A DNA stretch of 33,996 nucleotides from Anaerolineae bacterium (lineage in GTDB: Bacteria; Chloroflexota; Anaerolineae; Promineifilales; Promineifilaceae), in assembly GCA_014879345.1 (NCBI GenBank), contig JACSSI010000001.1, positions 1-33,996 of the forward strand, read 5' to 3'. The stretch's first letter is position 1. The number at the start of each line of letters is the position of its first letter. The position numbers were made by a program, and so were the translations under genes. This document shows positions 1 to 8,153 of the stretch, in pieces. The notes beneath the pieces were generated by a model. The model saw nothing but the letters and a program-made list of their open reading frames with translations, ran no database searches and was not told where the DNA came from.

Positions 1-15
1 TTTTATGCGAACGAC

Positions 16-330
16 ATGGCGTGTTGCCATGCTTCATGTGTGGCATCCGCATTAACAAACAAATCCGGGGCATCTGAAGATATCCCACCATCCTATGATC
101 CATTACAAGAGTTTGACACAATAAAGGAGGTTTATTTGGAAAAACAAAAACCCTTACAGCCCGTAAGCGATCCCCTGGAATTAACAGTGGCTGATTTATT
201 TAACCGGCTGGCAGAACTAGGCAGCAAAGCCCGTACACAAGAGAGCATCCAAAAGCATATAGGAGAACGAGCATCTCAGTTTACCTGGGAAACATCCTCT
301 TCAGCCAGTAATCCAACGCAGAATGTCTGA
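16..330 (+). CDS. hypothetical protein; frame is open to the window edge, so it may be 5'-truncated
   Basis: 104-aa ORF. No stop codon in frame between nt 1 and 16. No recognisable motif. Confidence 0.3.
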   Translation: MACCHASCVASALTNKSGASEDIPPSYDPLQEFDTIKEVYLEKQKPLQPVSDPLELTVADLFNRLAELGSKARTQESIQKHIGERASQFTWETSSSASNPTQNV

Positions 331-398
331 ACAGCGATTTGTTGATGTAAAGTGTCAGAAACTATGCGCCCTATACCTATCAAGAGTACAATTCTGGC

Positions 399-605
399 AT
401 GGATGCGACCTGGCTCACAGTAGAAGAAGGAGTTCGGTTAAGTGGCTATCATCCTGATCATCTTCGGAGACTTATTCGCGCTGGTGACGTTGTTGCTGTG
501 AAAAAAGGAAACGCCTGGTGGGTCCAACGTGACTCTTTGGCTGCATATCTAGATGCTGCCAGGCAATCTGATGACAAGCGACGCGGACCAAAACTGGAGG
601 ATTAG
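399..605 (+). CDS. excisionase-family / MerR-like helix-turn-helix DNA-binding protein
   Basis: 68 aa. LTVEEGVRLSGYHPDHLRRLIRAGDVVAVKKGNAWWVQRDSLAAYL fits the small Xis/AlpA-type HTH pattern. Located in the mobile element. Confidence 0.6.
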   Translation: MDATWLTVEEGVRLSGYHPDHLRRLIRAGDVVAVKKGNAWWVQRDSLAAYLDAARQSDDKRRGPKLED

Positions 606-633
606 TTAATTAGTCACTTCTTGACAGTTCTTG

Positions 634-665
634 TATAATATGTCTTATTGATAAGACATATTATA
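634..665. promoter_or_regulatory. Perfect 15-bp inverted repeat TATAATATGTCTTAT-tg-ATAAGACATATTATA (operator-like)
   Basis: Arms at 634-648 and 651-665 are exact reverse complements. TTGACA lies at 621-626 and TATAAT at 634-639 inside the left arm; that spacing is too short for a standard promoter. Confidence 0.4.
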
Positions 666-734
666 TCTAAAAGACGGACCATGTAATTGCTGGTAACAAC
701 TGCATGGTCCTCACCCAACCGCCAAACAGGTCTT

Positions 735-816
735 GGCAATGGGCTGAACCAATTCTAACATAATTGGGCGACCCAACGCATATCTGCAATGGGTTGCCCA
801 ATTTTGTTATTGGGGA
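735..816. repeat. Array of 3-4 short palindromic sites, TTGGG-N3-CCCAA type, spaced about 25 bp apart
   Basis: GGCAATGGGCTGAACCAATT (735-754), AATTGGGCGACCCAAC (762-777, perfect TTGGG-cga-CCCAA), CAATGGGTTGCCCAATT (787-803), TATTGGGGAAC (808-818). Confidence 0.35.
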
Positions 817-867
817 ACTAAACAGCCCTGCTGCCCTGTTACCTGGCGGTAGGGCTGTTTAGTTTTT
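816..867 (+). terminator. Hairpin AACTAAACAGCCCT / AGGGCTGTTTAGTT with a T-run; either a terminator or a cis-acting transfer/replication site
   Basis: 14-bp perfect arms at 816-829 and 851-864 around a 21-nt loop. Followed by TTTTT, then GGAGG (868-872) and the ATG at 877. Confidence 0.35.
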
Positions 868-876
868 GGAGGTCCC

Positions 877-1629
877 ATGAAAGAAAAGGTTCAGATAGGC
901 GTCAGCATTCTTGCTCTACTCGCCTTGCTAACTTACACGCTGGTACATACCGGTGGTTTGTTAGCCCGTTACGTTCAACCACCAGTGATTGGCTACGTGG
1001 CTGCCTTTGGCATCGAAGCAGCCGTTGTCAGTTTATCACTGCGAATTGGTGAGCTACGGCGCAGTAAGCAATCAACCGGATTTTTCTTGTTTGTTCTAAT
1101 TGCCGTCGTCATCGTGTCGGCTGTGGCCAATATCGCAGAAGGGTTTACGGCCGTTCAGGGTGAACGGCTGACCACCCAAACCATTCGTCAACTAGATCCA
1201 ATTCAAGCGTTCATCGGTTTGGCCGCTACTGGACTGGTTTCATTGATTGTGCTGGCGTTGGCCGAAATAATTGGGACGGATGTGGAAACGGCCGTTCAAC
1301 AATCTGCCCAACAGCGGAAAATCCGGGCCGTTCATGCAAAAGACAAATCCATTCCCACTGCGGAAACAAAAACCAAGCCAGTGTCCAACACAGCAGAAAC
1401 GGACAGCATCGAACGGGCACGTATCGCCAAAGCGGAAAAGGATACCAACAGCAAAACGAAAGCCGTAAACGCCTTGTTGGTTTACCTGAACGACAATCCT
1501 CAAGCCAGTTTGTCAGATATTGGACAGCAGATTAACCGTTCTAAAACGACCGTGTCCAGCTACATGCACGAACTGGAACGGAACGGCCGTTTACAACGGA
1601 ACGGTGAAGGCTGGCAAGTTTTATCATGA
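877..1629 (+). CDS. integral membrane protein with C-terminal winged-helix DNA-binding domain
   Basis: 250 aa. About 4 hydrophobic helices in the N-terminal half, then a K/E-rich linker, then LSDIGQQINRSKTTVSSYMHELERNGRL (wHTH-like). GGAGG RBS 5 nt upstream. Stop overlaps the next start (ATGA at 1626). Confidence 0.6.
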   Translation: MKEKVQIGVSILALLALLTYTLVHTGGLLARYVQPPVIGYVAAFGIEAAVVSLSLRIGELRRSKQSTGFFLFVLIAVVIVSAVANIAEGFTAVQGERLTTQTIRQLDPIQAFIGLAATGLVSLIVLALAEIIGTDVETAVQQSAQQRKIRAVHAKDKSIPTAETKTKPVSNTAETDSIERARIAKAEKDTNSKTKAVNALLVYLNDNPQASLSDIGQQINRSKTTVSSYMHELERNGRLQRNGEGWQVLS

Positions 1630-2066
1630 AATCGTTCGGCGCCGTTCTCCTGTTACTCTGCCTATTGTGTCTGTTAGTGTTCAGTCTGAGTGTAGGAAGC
1701 GTCGGAAAACACGCTGTAGACGCCTGGGCCGAACAGGCTGGACAGCCTGACAGTGTCACAGACACCGTCAGGCAAAGTCGCCAAACCCCGCCCATTGAAC
1801 CGGTCTATCGTACCAACAGAGCCTGGTTTGGCGCAGGTTTGTTGGCCCTGGTGGTGCTGGTGATTGGTGCAATGCTCTTCATGATGCATGGTGGCACTGA
1901 GTTCTTACGGCAGTGGCGATTGACCCGGAAACGGCCGTTTTCTCGCCAACAGCATACCCCTCAACAAGTACCTTACCCGATCAACTGGCCAGAGTTGCCC
2001 CACGTACCCACAGTACGCTATCTGCCGGAGGTGGACGATGAACAAGTTGTGGATTCTTGGGATTAG
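1626..2066 (+). CDS. small membrane protein (two hydrophobic segments)
   Basis: 146 aa. N-terminal signal/TM MKSFGAVLLLLCLLCLLVFSL and a second TM AWFGAGLLALVVLVIGAMLFMM. Translationally coupled on both sides. Confidence 0.5.
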   Translation: MKSFGAVLLLLCLLCLLVFSLSVGSVGKHAVDAWAEQAGQPDSVTDTVRQSRQTPPIEPVYRTNRAWFGAGLLALVVLVIGAMLFMMHGGTEFLRQWRLTRKRPFSRQQHTPQQVPYPINWPELPHVPTVRYLPEVDDEQVVDSWD

Positions 2067-3549
2067 CCTGTTTTTGCTGGCTGCCTGCAACACACCGCCT
2101 AATGGCGGGCATATCTTGACTCCTAATGCCGGGGCAACTTTATCCGCTGCCGAAATCGTCCATCAGCAAGCGGTCAACGCCGCCACGGCTCAAGCTGTTG
2201 AGTTGGTCCGGCAGTCGGCACAGGCCACCCAGCAAGCCTTAGTCGTGACGCAAGCAGCCGAGGTTATCGCTACTGGTACAGCCCAAAGCATCACCCGGGC
2301 ACAGACAGCCACGGCTGAGTCGATGGCAGTTCAGGCCACCGTGCAAGCCCTGGCTAATCAGGCAACATTATCCTCTATCGCTGCCAATGCCACCGGAACG
2401 GCCGTTGCTCAGGCTGCGATCGTTGAGCAACACCTGATAGAAGACGAAGCCCACCGCCTCGCCTTGCAGCGCCAATCCGAAATCGCCACGCTGGAATACA
2501 GGCAAGCCATGAACCGGCTAAAACCATTGTTGTGGGGCGGTCTGGTTTTCGCATTCATCATCCTCGCCGCTGGAATTGCTTACCACCTGTACCAACGATC
2601 TCGCCCGATCACCGTCGCCGATGTCAACGGCCCGCGTGTTTTGATTCCGGCCAACAGTTGGCAAGTCCTACCAGCGCAACGAACACAACGCGCTTTGCCA
2701 GAGTTATTGGGGCCAGGAGAAACGGCCGTTCGCCCCATTCCGCTCCCTTCTCTAGACCATGGACATGTCCTCATCGCTGGCGAAACCGGCAGCGGCAAAA
2801 GCACAGCCATGTTAGCCATTTTGCAGCACCGCCGGCAAGTGGTCATCCTCGACCCACACGATACCCCAGGCAATTGGGGCAGCACGCAGGTCATCGGCGG
2901 AGGACGAGACTTCGAGAGCATCGGTCTCTATTTGCAGCAGATGCGTCAATTGCTCAGCAAGCGTTACCGCCAGCGAGCACAAGGCGCCACCCAATTCGAA
3001 CCACTAACCGTAGCCACCGATGAAATGCCCGCTATCGTCGCCGCTTTAGGGCAACGAGTAGATGAAGTATGGCGCGAATGGTTAAGGGAAGGGCGTAAAG
3101 TGGGGCTGTTTTTTGTCGTGTCCACCCAAAGCACGCGCGTTAGAACCCTGGGTATACGCGGCGAAGGCGATTTACTGGAGAATTTCAACTACGTTTTGCT
3201 TCTTGGCAAGTTAGCCGTCGCTCAATACCCGGATCTGACCCAACGCATGGAATGGCCGGCCGTCTTGCGCACCAATCGGGATATCCGCCCTGTTATCATT
3301 CCAGTCGAACGTTCCTCAACTGACAGACCAACTAACACATCCCCCCTCTTTATTGCGCCAATGCCACAATCATCCGGCTATGCCGATCCCAATAACCTCA
3401 CCGAAGCTGTCCGCGAACATATCCGACAATTAGCAAAAGAACTACCCAGTCAAAGAGCAATAGAAAGAACCGTATTTGGCTATACAGGAGGTGCTGCCTA
3501 CCAGGCAGTCAAGGAAACCTTAGATGCTACTACGGACCAACACATATGA
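2038..3549 (+). CDS. FtsK/SpoIIIE (TraB-like) P-loop ATPase with lipoprotein signal, A/Q/T-rich ectodomain and one TM
   Basis: 503 aa. Lipobox LLAAC at residues 13-17. Low-complexity A/Q/T region. TM LLWGGLVFAFIILAAGIAYHLY. Walker A GETGSGKST, Walker B-like VATDEMP, and VGLFFVVSTQS (FtsK-like motif). Confidence 0.7.
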   Translation: MNKLWILGISLFLLAACNTPPNGGHILTPNAGATLSAAEIVHQQAVNAATAQAVELVRQSAQATQQALVVTQAAEVIATGTAQSITRAQTATAESMAVQATVQALANQATLSSIAANATGTAVAQAAIVEQHLIEDEAHRLALQRQSEIATLEYRQAMNRLKPLLWGGLVFAFIILAAGIAYHLYQRSRPITVADVNGPRVLIPANSWQVLPAQRTQRALPELLGPGETAVRPIPLPSLDHGHVLIAGETGSGKSTAMLAILQHRRQVVILDPHDTPGNWGSTQVIGGGRDFESIGLYLQQMRQLLSKRYRQRAQGATQFEPLTVATDEMPAIVAALGQRVDEVWREWLREGRKVGLFFVVSTQSTRVRTLGIRGEGDLLENFNYVLLLGKLAVAQYPDLTQRMEWPAVLRTNRDIRPVIIPVERSSTDRPTNTSPLFIAPMPQSSGYADPNNLTEAVREHIRQLAKELPSQRAIERTVFGYTGGAAYQAVKETLDATTDQHI

Positions 3550-3637
3550 TTTCTCGCTACGGTAGTAGCATAGTAGCGCCGCTACACACCTATAGCAGCG
3601 CAAAACTATAAGCAAAATTTCAGAAAGGAGAAATTTG

Positions 3638-5311
3638 ATGAGCAAACTTGCAGCAATTTATGTAAGAACATCTTCCGAACAACAAGGCGAAAGAGTAAGT
3701 CCAGGGGAACAAGAACGTGATTGCCGTTTGCTGGCCGAACAGCAAGGGTTAACAGTCGTAGGTGTATACCGCGACATCGAGCGGTATCGCGCCAAGAAGC
3801 GCCTAGTCGACCCTTCGGGTAAGCGCACGGATCGCCCAGGCATGAACGCTATGCTCAAAGACGCAGTTGCAGGAAAGTTTGACACCATTCTAGCCTGGAA
3901 AGAAGATCGACTTTATCGAGGCCTGCGGGCTATGTTATATGTGCTCGATGTTGTGCAAGATCAGAAAATGACGATTTTGCTAGCACGAGAAAATTTCGAT
4001 CCCAAAATGGCTCCTGTAAAAGCCTGGGTCGCCGGTATGGAATTAGATTCATTAAACGAAAGAATGACTATGGGAGTTAAAGCCCGTTTGCGAGCCGGTA
4101 AGGCCAATACCGGACAAGATCGATATGGATATCAACGTGTTGATGAAAAAATCTTCATCGTTGAGGAAGAAGCCAAATGGGTGCGCAAGATTTTCCAATG
4201 GTATAATAATCGAGTGTCCATGATGGAGATCCGCCGACGGCTTATCGAAGCGGGCGCTCCTCAAAAAGGCTCAACTAAACCGAGGAAAATTGAATGGGCC
4301 ATAACCAGCATTCAGGGTGTACTGAAAGCCGCCTACGAATATTCGCACGGTATTAAAGTGCAAACCCGCGCTGGAGAAGCCTTTGAAATCCCTGTCGAAC
4401 CAATAATCTCTATTGAAACGTATCAACGGTATTTGGAAGTCAGAGAATCAAACAAATCTTATCCGGCGCGCAATGTCAAAAACGATTATCTAGTGGGTGG
4501 ATTGATCTATTGCCAATGTCCGCGAAAATGGGGTGCCCGGGGTAGTTCATACAAACATGGAAATAAGCGACGTGATTACCCAACCGGCGTTTACTATTGT
4601 GGTCAACGTCATGCAGAGGTAAGACATGCCCATTGTCCAAAAACAATTGGCAGTAAAAAGGCAGACGACTATGTCTGGTCGAAAATTGTAGAGGTCTTAA
4701 ACAATCCTGACGTATTAATTACCAGAGCAAGACGTTACGTGGAAGAACTGTGCCAGAAAACAGAAACGGCCGTTACCGAACAAGATGCTTTGCAAACAGA
4801 ATTCGACAAACTCCTTTCGGAGCGGCAATGGATCATCACACAAGCACGGAAAGGAAGAATCACTGAAGAAGATATGGAACAGCAGTTGGCTCAATTAACG
4901 ACACAAGAACAGTACCTGAAAAACGAACTGGCTGCCTTCGGCGCTATCCACGAGATGCGATTGCTGGAGAATTGGGAAAAAATTGCCGTAGAGTACCTGG
5001 CAAACTTACATGCTGGTCTTGGGTCCCTCAATGAAACACCAACTACTGATGAAGAAAAAAAGGGGCAATTTCAACTGAAAAGGGAAATGGTTTTGATGTT
5101 AGTAGAAAAAGTGCTGATTAAAGAAGAGAGGAAGATGGAGGTGATTTTCAAGTTAGATGTGTTGTCGCTGTTGGGATTACATATCGACAACACATCTAAC
5201 GGCAATGGTGGATCAAACGTTAATTCACAACTGGCTCAAAACAAATTGGTCGGAACTTGTAACCGTAAACGATCATCCCTTCCTCGCCATCGGTTCGCAG
5301 TTTGCGCGTGA
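3638..5311 (+). CDS. large serine recombinase (integrase)
   Basis: N-terminal resolvase motif AAIYVRTSSEQQ and DRLYRG. Recombinase domain, Cys/His zinc-ribbon region (YCQCP...YYCGQRH...HCPK) and C-terminal coiled coil. AAGGAG RBS lies 7 nt before the ATG at 3638 (the ORF track starts at TTG 3635). The last ~40 aa look like read-through into flanking DNA. Confidence 0.9.
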   Translation: MSKLAAIYVRTSSEQQGERVSPGEQERDCRLLAEQQGLTVVGVYRDIERYRAKKRLVDPSGKRTDRPGMNAMLKDAVAGKFDTILAWKEDRLYRGLRAMLYVLDVVQDQKMTILLARENFDPKMAPVKAWVAGMELDSLNERMTMGVKARLRAGKANTGQDRYGYQRVDEKIFIVEEEAKWVRKIFQWYNNRVSMMEIRRRLIEAGAPQKGSTKPRKIEWAITSIQGVLKAAYEYSHGIKVQTRAGEAFEIPVEPIISIETYQRYLEVRESNKSYPARNVKNDYLVGGLIYCQCPRKWGARGSSYKHGNKRRDYPTGVYYCGQRHAEVRHAHCPKTIGSKKADDYVWSKIVEVLNNPDVLITRARRYVEELCQKTETAVTEQDALQTEFDKLLSERQWIITQARKGRITEEDMEQQLAQLTTQEQYLKNELAAFGAIHEMRLLENWEKIAVEYLANLHAGLGSLNETPTTDEEKKGQFQLKREMVLMLVEKVLIKEERKMEVIFKLDVLSLLGLHIDNTSNGNGGSNVNSQLAQNKLVGTCNRKRSSLPRHRFAVCA

Positions 5312-5630
5312 CCATTTCCACTGGCATCCCAATGTAGGCTTCATCCAGAGCCATATCCGTCAATTGTGCGGTGACAATGGGCCCTTCTTCCAATTTAATC
5401 AAGGCCACCTGATAGGGGGCATTGTGTTCAAAACCGGCTGGTGCGTCATAGATAGTGGTATAAGAGAAAACTTCACCTAAACCAGTGAAGGTATATAGTT
5501 CTTGAGCCGGTGCTTCACATTCTAAGCAAACATCACGGGGCGGAAATAATTTAACTCCACAAGAGTCACAGGTCTCCCCCACTAATTCATATCGTTGTTT
5601 TTGTAATCGCCAATGGCGTGAAACTTCCAT
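5220..5630 (-). CDS. DUF35 Zn-ribbon/OB-fold protein (thiolase/HMG-CoA synthase complex subunit type)
   Basis: 136 aa. CDSCGVKLFPPRDVCLEC rubredoxin-like C-x2-C-x10-C-x2-C followed by an OB-fold-type C-terminal half ending YGYKFRP. Adjacent to the thiolase and HMGCS genes. Confidence 0.85.
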   Translation of the reverse strand: MEVSRHWRLQKQRYELVGETCDSCGVKLFPPRDVCLECEAPAQELYTFTGLGEVFSYTTIYDAPAGFEHNAPYQVALIKLEEGPIVTAQLTDMALDEAYIGMPVEMVTRKLRTDGEEGMIVYGYKFRPICFEPVVN

Positions 5631-5833
5631 TATTATTTTCCTATCCTCCGAATAATTACGAAGATTTAAATTTTCGTTTTCCTAATGAACTAAGAGTTTC
5701 CAGTAGTGTATTATGCACACTTTTGCTTTCATTCCCTGCCAGAGTACAGGCAAAATACTGTCAAAAGCTATCATTGGTATAAAAAAGCGTTATTTGTTCA
5801 TGTTTTGTTAATAATTAGCACAACTATCGCACA

Positions 5834-6988
5834 TTAGTCGCGGATTTGCAAAATATGGGTAACGGCCGTTCCCCCACTGCCGCCTATATTCTGAGCCATG
5901 CCGATTTTTGCATCGGCAATCTGACAAGCACCCGCCTGACCGCGTAATTGACGCACCACTTCGACAATTTGGTACATGCCCGTCGCGCCACCTGGATTGC
6001 CCCGTGCTTTAAGGCCGCCAAATGTGCTGATGGGTAAACGGCCGTTTCTTGCAATCTCCCCATCCCGAGCCATCTGCCAACCCTTGCCCCGTTCCGCAAA
6101 GCCAGTCGCTTCCAGAGACAACGCCGCCATAATCGTGAACGAATCATGCAGTTCAAACAGGTCAATGTCATCATGCACCACGCCTGCCTGTGCCATCGCT
6201 TTCTGCGCACTCAACTCAGCCGCCTTCAACCACAATAAGTCGCGCCGATCATGCAGCGCAAACGCATCCGTGGCAATCGCCGAGCCAACAATTTCCACCG
6301 GCTGTGGCACCATGTCCATCGCCCGTTCCTTACTTGTCACAATAACGGCCGCTGCCCCATCAGCCAGGGGTGCCATATCAAACAGACTCACCGGATCAGC
6401 CACCAGTGGCGCAGAAATAAAACTCTCCGCCCGCAGCCGATTGCGGAACATCGCCAGCGGATTATCCGCGCCATTGGCATGAGCATTCACACTAAAACCA
6501 GCAAAATCCGCCAATTCTACGCCATGCTCATACATATAGCGCCGCATAATCAACGCTCCCATACCGGCCGTTGTTAACCCCTGCATCATTTCGTAGTCGG
6601 TATCAAGACCCGTTGCCAGGGCGCGTGTGACAGAAGCGCCTGTCTGGTCTGTCATTTTCTCCACACCTACAGCCAGCGCCGTTTTCACCATGCCGCTTTT
6701 CACAGCCAACACCGCTTGTCGCAGCGCCGCGCCACCAGACGCATCAGCCGCCTCCACCGTCACCGCTTCAATGCCGCGCATCCCGGCAAAATCTGCCACC
6801 AATGCGCCCAAATGGTTTTGCTGGCTCAGTTCACCAGCCAGCATATTGCCCACAAACAGAGCATCCACCTTACTTACGTGAGCATCATCCAGCGCCGCCT
6901 CAATCGCATACCACGACAGATGACGGATGGAGGTTTCCCACATTTCTTTCACTTCGGTTTGGCCTACGCCAATAATTGAAACATCCAT
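5834..6988 (-). CDS. thiolase-fold protein (archaeal/SCP2-type acetoacetyl-CoA thiolase homologue) with non-canonical active-site residues
   Basis: Start reassigned to MDVSIIGVGQT (ATG at 6986-6988, GAGGA RBS). Family motifs VEKMT, DGAAAVIV, GGLKA-G-P-GATG and NIGGSGGT are present. However VEAADASG has Asp where the Cys nucleophile is expected, HDSF replaces HDCF, and GNP replaces GHP. Confidence 0.85.
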   Translation of the reverse strand: MDVSIIGVGQTEVKEMWETSIRHLSWYAIEAALDDAHVSKVDALFVGNMLAGELSQQNHLGALVADFAGMRGIEAVTVEAADASGGAALRQAVLAVKSGMVKTALAVGVEKMTDQTGASVTRALATGLDTDYEMMQGLTTAGMGALIMRRYMYEHGVELADFAGFSVNAHANGADNPLAMFRNRLRAESFISAPLVADPVSLFDMAPLADGAAAVIVTSKERAMDMVPQPVEIVGSAIATDAFALHDRRDLLWLKAAELSAQKAMAQAGVVHDDIDLFELHDSFTIMAALSLEATGFAERGKGWQMARDGEIARNGRLPISTFGGLKARGNPGGATGMYQIVEVVRQLRGQAGACQIADAKIGMAQNIGGSGGTAVTHILQIRD

Positions 6989-7009
6989 ACTGACATTTCC
7001 TCGATTATC

Positions 7010-7070
7010 TAGTGCGTAGTGCGTAATGCGTAAGCCGTTTAACGCTACGCAATACGTACTACGCACTACT
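7010..7070. repeat. Intercistronic hairpin built from TAGTGCG-type heptamers and their complement
   Basis: Left arm TAGTGCGTAGTGCGTAATGCGTAAGC, right arm GCTACGCAATACGTACTACGCACTA. About 22 of 25 positions pair. It fills the HMGCS-stop to thiolase-start gap. Confidence 0.75.
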
Positions 7071-7072
7071 GT

Positions 7073-8146
7073 TTATAGTTTTAATTTATCCCGATAGCGG
7101 GTATAGGTGGCGTAATCAATTTCCGTGCGGCGGGCGATATACCCTTCCGTAGAAATGGCACGGCCGCGCACTTCTGGCAGTTTTTCGGTGACTTGCAGAT
7201 CGAAGGCGTCTGAACCGGCGCCAGAGCCATAGCTCACCATCAAAATGCGGTCGCCCGGTTTGGCAATATCCAGAATGGCCGTAAGACCAATCATCGTGGA
7301 GCCAGAGTAGGTGTTGCCAATGCGGGGACTGAGCAGCCCGGGCGCAATTTTTTCAGGCGTAAAGCCTAACGATTTGGCGGCACGCTGCGGGAATTTGGCA
7401 TTAGGCTGATGAAAGACTGCCCAGTCATAATCGGCGGCTGTGCGGCCAATAGCGTTCATCAGCATCTCAGACGCGCCCATGACGTGTTTGAAATAGGCTG
7501 GCTCACCCGTAAAACGGTCGCCATGCGAGGGATAGTCTTCATGCGCCCGTCGCCAGAAGTCGGGCGTATCGGTGACAAAGGAGTAGGAGCCGTTGATAAT
7601 GGCAACCGATTCGTCGGCTGGGCCGATGAGGGTAGCCGCGCCACCAGCCGCTGCTGTGTATTCCAGGGCATCGCCCGGACGACCTTGAGCGGTGTCCATA
7701 CCGATGCTCAAGGCATAACGCGCCATACCAGAGCCAACGAAGGCAATCGCAGCCTGCATCGCTTCGGTGCCTGCTTTACAGGCGAATTCCCAGTCAGCAG
7801 CCTGGGTATTTGGCACAGCGCCAATTGCTTCGGCAACGGTGGTACTGGTTGGTTTGACGGCGTAGGGGTGGCTTTCGCTGCCTACCCAGACGGCGCGGAT
7901 CTCTTGCGGATTGATTTGGGCGCGTAACATGGTGTTGCGTGCCGCTTCAATCGACATGGTGATCACGTCTTCGTCCAGGCCATTGACTGCTTTTTCTTTG
8001 ACAGGCGAGCCACCGGTGCCACCCGTCCACATGCGCGAGATTTCCTCGCCTCTAATACGATAGCGTGGCACATAAGCGCCATACCCGACGATGCCAACGG
8101 GTCGGTCGGGTTTCATGAGTCCATCTGAGGGGTTGTAGTTGTTCAT
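7073..8146 (-). CDS. hydroxymethylglutaryl-CoA synthase (archaeal type)
   Basis: 357 aa. [15 protein letters not shown], catalytic-Cys motif [19 protein letters not shown] and GNTYSGS. GAGGA RBS. Confidence 0.9.
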   Translation of the reverse strand: MNNYNPSDGLMKPDRPVGIVGYGAYVPRYRIRGEEISRMWTGGTGGSPVKEKAVNGLDEDVITMSIEAARNTMLRAQINPQEIRAVWVGSESHPYAVKPTSTTVAEAIGAVPNTQAADWEFACKAGTEAMQAAIAFVGSGMARYALSIGMDTAQGRPGDALEYTAAAGGAATLIGPADESVAIINGSYSFVTDTPDFWRRAHEDYPSHGDRFTGEPAYFKHVMGASEMLMNAIGRTAADYDWAVFHQPNAKFPQRAAKSLGFTPEKIAPGLLSPRIGNTYSGSTMIGLTAILDIAKPGDRILMVSYGSGAGSDAFDLQVTEKLPEVRGRAISTEGYIARRTEIDYATYTRYRDKLKL

Positions 8147-8153
8147 GTTTCCT

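Larger units (their letters stand above)
1..5311 (+). mobile_element. Right-hand part of an integrated element (integrative, possibly conjugative or mobilizable) ending with a large serine recombinase; left end lies outside the window
   Basis: Co-oriented, partly overlapping genes: Xis-like HTH, membrane+wHTH, small membrane protein, FtsK/SpoIIIE-like ATPase, serine integrase. The integrase ORF tail overlaps the host DUF35 gene, so the junction is probably near 5170-5311. Confidence 0.6.

Noticed and set aside
2532-3023. 163-aa alternative-frame ORF inside the FtsK-like ATPase gene
   Set aside because: The product is Arg/Pro/His-rich nonsense composition. The overlapping frame carries the Walker A and B motifs.
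3551-3600. GCTAC/GTAGC mini-palindromes upstream of the integrase as the att site
   Set aside because: They are only 5-bp arms located between two element genes, not at the element boundary. They are more likely a weak terminator or regulatory site. The evidence is too thin to report as a finding.
5157-5480. 107-aa plus-strand ORF and other shadow ORFs overlapping the DUF35, thiolase, HMGCS and HMGR genes (for example 5976-6482, 7409-7927, 8495-8872, 9017-9436)
   Set aside because: All are antisense or out of frame to genes with strong family motifs. None has a motif or RBS of its own.
6989-7066. 26-codon N-terminal extension of the thiolase ORF (MRSTYCVALNGLRITHYALDNRGNVS)
   Set aside because: It is simply the translation of the TAGTGCG-heptamer hairpin. 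A proper GAGGA RBS and the family-typical start MDVSIIGVGQT lie at 6988.
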